Positions 1 to 11,811 of a stretch of 64,000 nt of DNA are shown in pieces. The notes beneath the pieces are model-generated. The model was not told the origin of the DNA. It searched no databases and saw only the letters and a program-made list of their open reading frames with translations. The position numbers were made by a program, and so were the translations under genes. The number at the start of each line of letters is the position of its first letter. The stretch's first letter is position 1. This stretch comes from Diadema antillarum. Lineage: Eukaryota. The stretch spans positions 434,001 through 498,000 of the forward strand of contig NW_027271018.1 in NCBI RefSeq assembly GCF_040938485.1, read 5' to 3'.

Positions 1-440
1 TTTTGAAGTTTCTGCTCAGTCACGGCTGGATGAGAAGACTACTATAGCTTGTGCTGTCATATGAGTACAACTATACAAAGAAAGTATAAAGAAAATTCAA
101 GATATTCTCACTTTTCTCACATAATAAAAGAACACTCGACTTCTCTCTTTCAGATGTCAGGGGAAATGATATTACCCCTAGCATAAGTCAGTAACATGTC
201 GAAGAAATGTGCACTTTATTCAAAAAGTCAAGTTTTGTGAAATTCTCTTTTTATTTTCCTTCAGTACGCATGCGACATCATACACTGTAGTAGTCTTCTC
301 CTCCAGCAGTGATTGCACAGATACTTTAAAAATTCATAACTTTTGAACGGATTGTTAGATTTTCCCCCAACTTTTACTAATGTGTTCTACTAATATTGCT
401 GCATTCACTCAATCCACATGTATATGAAGGTGAACTTTAA
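1..440. mobile_element. Long-inverted-repeat MITE, Kolobok-like TTAA terminus, left arm truncated by window edge
   Basis: Bases ~1-68 are an imperfect reverse complement of ~263-330 (gactactatagc / ctgtagtagtcttctc). The element ends tgaaggtgaactTTAA at 437-440. A similar terminus (ttaaagttcacattca) occurs at ~55745. Confidence 0.6.
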
Positions 441-470
441 ATCTGATCGACTGGACTTGCTTGCGAAAAT

Positions 471-1211
471 CACGGAAAATTACGGTTTCGTGACTCGTCT
501 GTCACTTCGTAATCTTTTTTCTGACTCTCCTGCGAGCATTCACCCGTGATGGATGAACAAGCGATGTTACTGCCCGTATTGCTTAGACATCGAGGAGTTT
601 TTGAGGACCACCGATTTGTATGTTCGTGAAAGGTTTTGTCGGAGTCCCCCTCCTCTGTTGAGGGTAGGCTACCAACCCTCTTCGACAAAAAACTGGCACA
701 TCCCAAGGACAAGACTCCAAAACACAAACAGAACTATGTGACTTACTGGATTTGGTGTCAAGGGAAGGGTTGTAAAGACAATTATATTGACGAGACCAAT
801 GCAGCTTCTTCACAAACGTCTTTACTACCACCGCAAAACCGGATCATCAGCTAGAAACGAATCAACCGTGCTCCAGTTCACTTGAACAAAGCGGGACAAC
901 ATTTTTTTTGGACAAAGAAGTTACCATCCTTGACACGGAAACCAGATGGTTTGAAAGAGGAGTCCCTGAAGCCGTATATGTAGACGCGGAAAATTTTTCC
1001 TTCAACACGGGGGGGGGGGGGGGGGGGGGGGGACCTCCAACACAACCTTTCACCTACACACAAATCGGTGATTCCGAAAATTCCTCGACGTCTAAACAAT
1101 GAAGGCAATATTATCGCAGATATAACTCATCCATCACAGGTAAACGCTCGCCAGCCAGTCAGAACTGACGATAAGAAGTGACCCAAATGAGTCATGAAAA
1201 CGTACTTTCCG
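471..1211 (+). mobile_element. Degenerate Penelope-like retroelement 3' fragment (GIY-YIG endonuclease remnant) with inverted pseudo-LTRs
   Basis: Frameshifted translation gives KLAHPKDKTPKHKQNYVTYWIWCQGKGCKDNYIDET and KEVTILDTETRWFERGVPEAVYVDAENFSFNTGGG, typical of the PLE GIY-YIG C-terminus. Bases ~471-655 are an inverted, diverged copy of ~1025-1211. Confidence 0.85.
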
Positions 1212-2922
1212 TCATTTTCCCAAGTAAGTCCAGTCGAACGGATTAAAGTAAGGCACTCCCAGGACATCAAGTAGGATATTCGACAGCATGAGTCTTTGCG
1301 ATAAAAGCGCTTGACTTGTAATCACTGCGTTGTTGTATCTTTGTCTATAAATCCAGGTTATTATGATACCGATAAAGATGATTATGATGCTGCTACAACT
1401 ACTTCTTCTACCAATAATGACGATGATAATTATGATGACGATAATGATAGTAATTATTTCATATCATAACAATGATGATGATAATGAGAAGGATACTTGT
1501 ACTACATGTAATACATGTACTGCTGATACTACTGATGATAATGATAACGAATTATACCTTCCAAGTAATTTCTTATTCACCGCTAAGGAATATCAAAGCA
1601 CATTATCAAAAAAAAAAAAAATACAACCGATAAAGTATCTTGTTCACAGCATTGCAAGGTGCTAATATCGGTATGAATGAGATCAGTCTGCTGAAAACGG
1701 TAACTGAGAACAGCTTAAAACTTGAATCGAACTAATAACAGACTTGTAATTTTCAAAGTCATGTAATATCCCTGTGGAAAAAAACACAAAATAAAATGTT
1801 GGAAAGCCTTGTGACTAGTCTAGACTATCGGAGACGATTACCTCATTTCTTTGTCAAGTAAGACCTTTCCCAGCGGAAAATCCGGTCAGGCTCATGAGTC
1901 GCAAGGGCAGACAGCAAGATACATTTGGGGGCGCGTTTCCTATCTTACCTGTGATAACGTACTGGCATTCGTGGTACAGTATCGCGTTTGAGGTCAGCAT
2001 TATCCCGTGAATTAATCATCACGATGTAGAAAAACAAAATGCAATTTCGTAAACATTGGTTTGACACAGTGTATCAAGTCTTCGGAGAATTTGTTACCGT
2101 GGGGGGAAGGCGCTAATGAGAGCGGTTAAGCAACGGTCCCTCGCCCTCGTGAACGAGATCCTAGCTCACATTGTTTGAAGTCAGTCACCATGGTAACAAA
2201 CTTCTCCTAAAGTAGAGTCATCCTCGCGTCATTATTCCTATCGCTACAATACACCCAGCGATCTTTAGGGATTGTTTAACGAATAAAGGAAACACCACTC
2301 CGTATTCACATCGACATCAATAAGAAAATAGTGAAATCACACAAACTATTTGACGTTTCATTACAGCTGACATGGACGAAAAGAGAAAACATCGAACATG
2401 AAACATAAAACATGAGAGATGACTTCAAAACTTTCCAGCTAAATGATAACGTGCATTGAAATTCCTTCTTTTTTTTAATTTACAATCCAGGTATTATGAC
2501 ATTTCTCTTGAATTCAACTCAGAGTCATGTGTGCTCAATAAACACCACTCTAGAACACGTTGATGGAAAGGATAATCATAATTTCCTTATACATCTTCGT
2601 CCTGCGCAGAGTGATGTCAAAAGGGGGATTAATCGGAGATTTGTGTACATGTCAGAGGGTGGCTTATAGAGAGGTGACTGATAAAATCACCTCATCCAAT
2701 CTGCATAATTATTTGAGTGTCACTAATATCACTGTTACGTTTAACCCAAACATCGATAGAATACTTTTGTAACTTTTTGGTCCGGTTTGTTGAAACCGTC
2801 ACTCTTTCGTTTGTGTTGACCCTATATTCCTGTCATGAAAGTCATCGTGAATATGGCGTTGAGTTTTTCCTGATGATACGACCAAAGGAGAAGGAATGAC
2901 GGATGGAAGGAAAACAGATTAC

Positions 2923-5900
2923 CTGGGTCAAAGTTCCTCTTGTGGCTCTCCAGTTCATCCCAGACAAACTGGTGGAAGACATCTCTCATCCGGTACACCA
3001 TTCGCACACCAGGAGTGGGCAGGTGTCTCGCCCAGGGGAAGAAATCTGCTGCCACGCCCATTCCGAACTCCTGATTTAACCGCTCGTTGTTTTCTTTCCA
3101 CTCCAGTAGTTTCCCCTCCATGAAGTCGTAACTAAATTAAGAAAAAATAAATAAATGAACGGCAAATCGAAAAAAAAAAGTTGAGGAGGAGTAGAAACTG
3201 AAATGACACTGAAGGGAGCAGAAAAGAAGACGTGTAATTCACCATTATTACAATAAACGCACCCCATCCTCCTTATGATATGAAGCCTAAGATATTCACA
3301 CATTCACACATTTGCACTAGTTTTGACATAACTACAAAATCATGATATTCGAACCTCCGTGATAGTGGTTTTGCTTGAATGGACAATGTACCTTTGTTGG
3401 TATGAAGCTATTTAACGATTGGTTCCAGATTATAACTTCTATGGTTCCAGGGTAGCTATAACGTTTCAGGCTCTTCCATTCCTCATATGATATACAATAG
3501 TAAAAATGTTTTGATTGGTTTTAGTAAGTATGAAGCTAAAATGTGCTAGATTGACTAGAATGTTTCCTATAAAATGTCGTGAAGGCGCAGAAGAAGATTA
3601 TTTCATTTAAGGCTGGTTTTTCTCAGTGACTTGAGTACACGAAATAGTGCTGAATGTCGTAGAACGACTCGGGGAAGACGGTCCGCATTGAAAATAACCA
3701 TGACTTTGGCTGTTGATAGCTTACGTTGCTTCCATCTTGCTGATAATTCCCTATTGCTTTCATTCGATCCTGGCTAGAGATGACAGGGACACCTCATCAA
3801 TGAATAGGTGCGTGGAGAGTAAGCACTGTCAGTGCTGGCTGAAAATAATGTATCTAGTGATCGGGGCAAATCTAAAATGCGCTATATATAAAAACCAGCT
3901 ATAACCATTATCATTATTACAGTGACGGATCCAGAGTCGGAGCGCACCGGGCTCGCGCCCCCTCTTTTGTTGTTGAAACAAAAGAAATAAAAAGGCAAAA
4001 TGGGGGGGGGGGGATGCGCCCCCTTTAATTTTGTAAAGGCGCCTCCCCTTTACGGAATTCCTGGATCCGCCCCTGTTATCATACGCACAACACAATGTAG
4101 GGGTATATTGTCTTATCCATCTCACTTTTTCCCGAAGCACATGGTTGACATGACGTTGTAGAGAAGCAGGGTGATCATCAGCTTCGGGTCGACCGGCTGG
4201 CTTTCGCGGTCTGCCACGAAGCTCTCCAATTTGCCGAAGGCGGCGTGTAGCATGGTCTCAAGACGCTCGCCCGTCGCAAACTGTCTACAGAGACAGAAAA
4301 TGAGTTGAAACGATGAGGAGCTGATAAAATGTAACGTATAGAATCACTTTTCGCATGCTTCTACAACATCCATCTAGTCAACCTATAGTCAATGATTATA
4401 CATGACTCACAACGATCAACACATCAGTCATACCAATAACCACGGTACAGCATTCATCAAATCATTCGAGTCAATAACCGTTCTACAAGTACCATATCCA
4501 TTATGTAAAACCACCCAATCCTATCAATGCCTTACAACACAATAAATCAAATCAGTAGCTTTCGAAAAGATCATCTGAATTTTAAATCCAATGGTTTCCA
4601 TGCCAGAGGGGCATAGGCCTACAGAAAGAAAATGAATTGGGCTCCAATCTTTAAAAAAAGAAAGAAATACAATAGCGATATTTCCAGTTTACTGCAAAGC
4701 AAAAATAAGCTAGAGCCGTCAATTTTGTTTCCATGATCGTAACAACGTATAATATGCATAAACCGAGGTCCGCTACCTTCCATGACGTCATTTGGACAGT
4801 CATTGCATCGCAACTGATACGCATGCTCTTCCTGTTTCTTGTTAGATGCCTTTATCTTGCTATGAATTTTCAGAGATAACTGTCAATGAAACGTCAACAA
4901 CTTCTAACTACTGCCGGTATTGCACGCATCGGGCAAACAATGTCGCAGATCGATACCAACAGCGTCAGTTAGCCTGATTATGACTAGGATGACGATAATA
5001 TCAATAACCTCATACACGCTGAATCTTCATTTCAAGTAAAGCGAAGAGAATGGAGAGCATTTGCGCTAATAATCAACATGTGCCCTAAATTTGCTGATCT
5101 TGGACACCGTGTTGCCGGCAAACACCACAAGACATTTAAGAGAAAATTAATCGATTTTTTTTTTTACCTGAGGGCCGAACTTGCCAGCTTATGGTGTAAC
5201 TTCCATGTCTCCGAAAACGTGCTGAAAATGATATCCTTGAAGCCATAGGTGAAGGCTCCAACTGACAAAAATTATAGCAATGAAAAGATATCAAGGATTA
5301 TTGAGAATAAAAGCATGTCAACATAAACACACCTTGACTTTTTAGAATGCTTGATAATTCACAACAAAACAAAGACTAGTCCCAAAAGAAACAACATATC
5401 ACACAGTTGTTATTCCCCATCAAACCCCTAAATATCATTGTTTGATATCATTGGTACATTAATATTCCTCACGAATCATTTGATAAATTCATACAAAGAA
5501 TATTCACAAAACATAAACACTTTTGCTATAGTTATCAAAACACCGCATAGGCAGAAATGGCAGTTGTAAAAGGAACATAAATACAAATTATATATCACAA
5601 AGACAGAGAAAGAGAAAGAGAAGGGGATATGCAGGAAGAAAAGAGAAAGATTCGAGACAAGCGTGAGAGAGGGGAATAACCGTTTACATCGCAGCAGATC
5701 GTTATGCAGTAAAAATACAGTGCGTATAGGTCTAATAATCAAAACATGTCACCTCTGAAACACTGTCTGAGTGATGCTATCCTTTTCCGTTGTGAGTCGC
5801 ACTGAGGAAGGTTTTCCTTTATCGTTTAATAGTCCTGATCACTTTTTCGATTTACCATTGATTGCAAAGGGAAGGGAAGCCAGACTTCTGCTTACACACA

Positions 5901-8116
5901 CTGGAGAATTTAATGCACTTGCCAACTTCTCGTGCAACCGCGGCCGTCAAGGAAATTCCAAACAGATGTCACTCTTAGTCAAGCTTGCATGTTTTGAAAT
6001 AGATCGCGGAGTTGCACTTTTGATGACATTTCGTTATTCTTATCATAATATGAGACGTACAAGGGTTAAAGTCTCTTCATTGTTTGCTAGAGAGAACTTT
6101 AAATAGCAATGAATAGTGCCATGCTTCAGTGAAACACTATGAATTATTATTGACATATGACACTCACGCCGTATATCGTATGGATTTTAATAACAAATTT
6201 CGCGTAGACAAAAGAAACGGTTGGGGAAGAATGAACTGATAAATAAAGGGAAGGAAAAGGTCAAACGAAAGAAGTGAAAATGAAAGATGGAATGATTGAA
6301 AGACGTAGCCTCTGTGAACAGGGGTTTATCTAACAAACTCCTTCAGTTATTTGTCCTTTTTTCCCTTTAAACCAGTGCAAATATCAACTATATTTAAGGC
6401 TTACACGTTTGTTCCGTTTGTTTCGGTTTCGCAATGATGACTAGTATGGTTTAACACCGTAATGCAGTTTTAGCTGTTACCATATATTATTATGTTGTGC
6501 CACGGACGATCGCTTGCTTGTCTACAGAACCCCCCTCCCTTCTTCTTTTTTTTTTTTTTTTGTTTTGTTGCGAAACGACATGTCCCTTGTGTTGGCGAAG
6601 CCAGGTGACGATGTCAGAGATATACAATCAGGTAAACAAAAAGAACAATTGAAAATACAGGTGCAGCCGCAATGTACACGATGCTCACAAACGAATACTA
6701 GTAATTAAGTTAGCAAACAAGCGATAAACTTTTTTTTCGATTATCAGGAGTAAAAGGTCGCGACCTTACACGAAAAGAAATCCGGTCTCCCGGCAAACTC
6801 CACTCCGTGCTTGGTGAGAGCTTCCCTGATGGCGTCGTGACGGTTGATGACCACGATCCACCGCTGGCCAGCCTTGAACCCAAACACGTCGCCGAACTCT
6901 TCTGACCATTTCCGGAACACTTCCTCGGGACTCGCTGTCATTGCTATATAAGATGCACTCAACATAAAAGGAGAGGTAATAATAATACACAGAGATATAG
7001 CAATAAAGAAATACCATAACATGAGCCATGGAACTACTAAAAATGTATTATATTACCAAATATATACAGAGGTAGAGAATAGAATTTTATATTACATACA
7101 CGCAGAAAAGATATTAAGGCAGAAAAGAGATATATAAATGGGGGGGGGGGTTGAGAAAAAGAGTTCATTTATGACTGCATGGTAAATAGTCATCACTTGG
7201 AAAAAGAATTAAGTGGGCTATTTGGGATGAAGAACTGAATGTGGCCATTTCATTGCTGTAAGTGACGACTTCAACTATCTTATAGATTTGACCCCCCAAA
7301 AAAATTGTCTTATGTGCAACAGACCTTGTGCTTGTATACGTGGATATCAAGATTTATCTGGAACACAATTACAATGTAGTTATATTAATCAATAACTGTC
7401 ATAACACTGTACGACTATATACGGATATAGGTGTTTCCGACGGGAAAGAGTAAAAATAGTACAATGTTTACGTATCATTAATTATAAGTAAATGTAACCT
7501 CGACCGGAAAGAATACAATGTTCCTAAGCCAAGAGTCGCTGAGATTGATGACAACAGTGTGCCGAACAGACTGGGACGATACGCCTCTTTCATAGCTCGT
7601 AAAGCGATTATATCAATTTAACGATTTTTTTTTCTGATCCCTAGATGATTCCATAGATTAAATGATTTATTTCTCTCTTTTTGTACAAGTTGAGGGGAAA
7701 GAGGTCAAGCAATAACATTATCGCATTCTGTTATTACCAACCGTTTTGTGGATTCACGTGAAAATCGTTTCTTTTCTCCTTAAATTCATGTCTTCCTCGA
7801 TGCTTTCACCGATCTTTTTGTTTTTCTCTGCTCTTTCTCTTTTCTGAATAAACTTTACCATTAAGTGGAGCTTCCCCTTTGAAGAATCTAAGATCTCTAA
7901 GAAAAACGAAAACAAAAACAAAACAAAAACAAAAACGGAAGTCAACCAAGCCTTACAGAAAATGCTCCCGATGAACGGAAGAGGGCGTGGTCCGGGCGGG
8001 AACCCCCTTGGGCGGGCGCTGGACCACAGAGCAAGAGACAATAGGCACACAATGGTGCAGACGACAAAGAAAAACGTCCGGTCAGTGGACTCCAATAGAT
8101 CTGTAACACTCGCCAT
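2923..8116 (-). CDS. Cytochrome P450, clan 2, CYP17A-like; 5' partial gene (exons 1-5), remaining exons not found in window
   Basis: Phase-consistent GT-AG exons: 8116-7957, 6943-6770, 5261-5168, 4284-4126, 3131-2923. The translation has an N-terminal TM anchor, PPGPRPLPFIG, AIREALTKHGVEFAGRPDF, KDIIFSTFSETWKLHHKLASSAL, PVDPKLMITLLLYNVMSTMCFG and ADFFPWARHLP...FDPG. No I-helix or heme-binding exon was seen in 1-2900. Confidence 0.9.
3920..4075. mobile_element. MITE with CAG(T/G)GNCGGATCCAG terminal inverted repeats
   Basis: cagtgacggatccag ... ctggatccgcccctg, flanked by tta on both sides. Same family as 41688-41851 (opposite orientation) and a partial copy at ~15057. Confidence 0.75.
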
Positions 8117-10629
8117 GCTGGTCAGCTGCACAGACGACACGCTAGATGATGTTCTGGACAGAAAAAAAAAAGGTGGGGGAGAGAAAGGGATCCAATCTCA
8201 GCATAGCGAACCCTTTTGAAATAGGTAAATAATGACGACCTCTCAATGGCAAAAAATTATGAACGCGCAGGAACAGTTCGTGCTTGACATAAAACATTTT
8301 TCGAATGACCTCTTACTCTTGAGAATTGGGAGGAAGATATCTCCCTACCAGACTCCGTGCGAGACCCTTGTGTACAGCGACAGGACTGTGTATACGGTTA
8401 GGAGGAAGAGAGAATTTCTCAGTTATATGAACTCTTTCATAATTGTCTCGCTGAGTGGGTGGGATCACGGAGGTGTCTCACCTTACTGGTGAGATCAGGG
8501 GAGAGTATACGCTTCATATCACGAAGGTGTCTCACTAGCTCACTTTCCTTCCTGTTCATATGCAATACAATGTACAGTAATAATAATAGTTTCAGTTAGT
8601 CCAGGACGAGATAGAAAGAGACACGTACAATATATACCCACCTCACTTGTTTTATAGTAACATTCAAAACCATGGTTCATCAGTTCATATGCTATGGGCA
8701 TTTATTCAAACTAATCGCAAGGGTCAAGCTGGTGTTGCGACATAGCAAATTAACGATTCCTATACATGATTTGATAAGACCTGTATACTATATGGGATAG
8801 CCCATTGGGTATTCTTACCTCTTCCAACTGATGACTTGGGTGAGATGATGCCGATCTATGCATGTAATTCACAGGAGCGAGTGAATTGAGTTATCACCAC
8901 CTCATTGTATTATGAACCGCGCAAAGTAGACCATTGAGCTGCACACATGACTTACTTAACTGATAAATTCGCAACTTGATAGTCAACACATGCAGCTAGA
9001 CAGTGTCACAGACCGACTCTCGCAACTGCTAAAATGATGTTCACCTACCTTACTCGTCAAATGTGCACGACAGAAATGCCTGAAGTTGTCAATGTTGAAC
9101 ACACTGTGTCTCCATCGCACGCATTGCTAATAAACGGCGGGTGTACCGCGTGAGCTGATATCACTGAACAAAACGCACAATATCCACAGTTTGGTTAACG
9201 GCCATCTCACACGGAGTTTTTGTGTCCCTCGACAAAGGCAAAGAACTCTGACCCCATCCAAGACTCTGCTCACACCCCAAGGGGGTTATCAGGAATCGGT
9301 CTCCCTCACCCCCCCCCCCCCTTTCTTCTACTTGTGCGTGAGCAACCAGCAAATTATTGTTGGCACCACGGAAAAGAAGAACTGAAAAGAAAAAGCAACA
9401 ACTTAGGCCTACAACTGAACGAGAAAGGAGAACGAAACTGTCGTTGGTCTCTGAAGTAAATACATGCAGTTAATGTGCATCGAAGATGTTTGCATGACTT
9501 CTACAGAAATCCCTAAGCTGTAGTAAAGGATTGTTAAGCCTCACGCCATGATATCATACGTCATCGATTTAAGAAAAGAACCTTTATCGTACGCTATTTC
9601 CAAACTTCAAATTTCCTGCAGAATGAAACAATCCTCTCAATTAATTCATCTTTGTTTGTAAATACCAAGTCATTCATCAGTCCTTACTTGGGGGTTGATA
9701 AGAGAGATCTTCTTTGCCTTCTTTGCATGAGGCACCATGTTAAACACCTGCACCCTTTGTCTCAAAGAAATCTATAATTTGCAGCAGAATTATTTGATAT
9801 AATTATGACAGATATGAAACAAATTGCCATCGTTTTACAATAATGTTTTTCTTGTTATTATAATTCTTATTTTTCATTGTATCATGATTTTGCAGCCACA
9901 TCCCTAACATTCTACGAAGCTGTTATAGCTTAGTGAAACACATCAAACAACTTCACCATAATTTAATACGAAGGATTAAATTTCCTCTTTTTAACTTCAC
10001 ATACTAAATATCATGTAATGATAAATTGATTGCGAGAAGGCGTAGAGGCGTTTCGCTACAATTAAATTAAATTAAAGTCAATTCAAAAGTTCATTTCATT
10101 TCTCAACTAAAACCAATTACGTTTCACTTTGTTTGGTAACAGAGAATAAGATAACCAAAACATTGTAGAATGAAAAGACTATATTGTGGAACCTTATAGT
10201 AATTATACATTGATATGAAAACTGAAGTGATCGAAGTGAATAAACAACACGCAAATTGCGAAAAATGGAGATTCCGATTAAAAGACAGAGCTTGTAGAAT
10301 GTGTGCCCTCTGATAAAGAACATGAATAGAAAGATAATTGAAGTAAAGAAAAAAAAAGGAGTCTGGAAGCCCTCTAAAAAACAGAGTAACAAAATAATGG
10401 ACACACGTACACGTATACATTCACTTGTGTAGCTATGCCTGCCAGAGGGAATTAAAGGATTACGGTCAATGAGGAATTGTGAAGACATATAGATGATAAG
10501 TACAATAATTCATAGACGGAGAACCTTGTAAAAAAAAAATCCTCTCTTTTTCTTCGTGCACGTAAAGATTCTCAGTTGTTGAGAACGAGATCAAGGTGAA
10601 AAGACCGTGATTCTTCTTCCACGCCGTGA

Positions 10630-10660
10630 CCAATCAAGCGAGTCACTTATATCACGTGAC
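10630..10660. promoter_or_regulatory. Candidate CCAAT box plus E-box (TCACGTGAC) in the divergent CYP/TRP intergenic region
   Basis: ccaat at 10630-10634 and atcacgtgac at 10651-10660. Motif match only. Confidence 0.25.
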
Positions 10661-11451
10661 CACTTCTTTAAGTTTCAATGGGTGGATTTGGGTAGTCGCG
10701 CATTCAGTGTATCAAAGTGTGCAAGCAGAGAGGTGGCCCACACAGACTATAATAGCGAACGGACGAGAAGGAGGAGTAACCCCATGAACAGCAGGCTCTG
10801 GAAAAAGAAAATGCCTTTTAGCTGATCACCTAATTGGACGCTCATTAAACTCACCCAGGTAAATCTAGCTTAAGTCGGATTCCAGCTGTCTTTTATTAAT
10901 AGTACAAGGTCCCGTTTATATTGGGTATTCCTGTATTGATGGACCGTTGAATGTTCGCCAGGAACTGAGGAACCTCCCATCTCTCGTGCACACAATTTGA
11001 TTTTTGCTGGGGTATACAGAAAGAAATTATCCATCATTTTTGTGGGAATCTGTGACGGTGCGTTTCACACGAGAGGACGAAGAAGAAGGTAAAGAAGAAG
11101 AAGAAAAAAAGAAGGAGCTCAAGAAGAATGAACTTGGATAAGAGCACAAACCTTTAATGCATGGTGTTACAGCTTTACTATCAAATTCTGTTAATCAATA
11201 ATTATCATTATGTCGTGGATAGTATGGAGCAAGCAAATATTCAGACCATAATGTTGTATCTAAGCTGATTTTGAATAACACCTGATGTTCCATGTCAGCC
11301 GTTTATAATTTTCTTCAATCTTTACTTTATTGGGCTGCGGTTGTAACTCTTAATTCAATGATTTTCCTGCCGAACAATTTGTACATCCTGCCCTTGTACT
11401 TATCCACACATTTTGTATATCCGTCCGTGTATCTGCCAGTATGTGCCTCTA

Positions 11452-11665
11452 NNNNNNNNNNNNNNNNNNNNNNNNNNNNNNNNNNNNNNNNNNNNNNNNN
11501 NNNNNNNNNNNNNNNNNNNNNNNNNNNNNNNNNNNNNNNNNNNNNNNNNNNNNNNNNNNNNNNNNNNNNNNNNNNNNNNNNNNNNNNNNNNNNNNNNNNN
11601 NNNNNNNNNNNNNNNNNNNNNNNNNNNNNNNNNNNNNNNNNNNNNNNNNNNNNNNNNNNNNNNNN
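11452..11665. other. Assembly gap (N run); others at 20865-20999, 29831-29971, 54780-54914, 57912-58063
   Basis: Runs of N in the sequence. Confidence 0.99.
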
Positions 11666-11811
11666 CTATCTACATGTATTTACTATTCTAATTAGTTTTT
11701 TCCGTTATTTGAGGAGTTGTGTGTTAAGTAGATGCATATACATTATCTTCAAGGTGTATAATATCTGCAGGAGGCAACTTTTTGTCAGAATGAATAACAC
11801 GCCCAAGTAGC

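Noticed and set aside
2100-2175. Plus-strand peptide GKALMRAVKQRSLALVNEILAHIV resembling a TRPC ankyrin repeat (possible third paralog)
   Set aside because: No flanking splice sites, an immediate stop, and no other TRP exons nearby. Likely chance.
8200-9400. AhR xenobiotic response elements upstream of the P450
   Set aside because: The GCGTG cores I noticed lack the TNGCGTG context, and the protein looks CYP17A-like rather than CYP1.
11292-11810. ORFs spanning N gaps (also 20665-21060, 29659-30270, 54761-55294, 57733-58261)
   Set aside because: Artefacts of translating through Ns. Only the true exon portions were kept.
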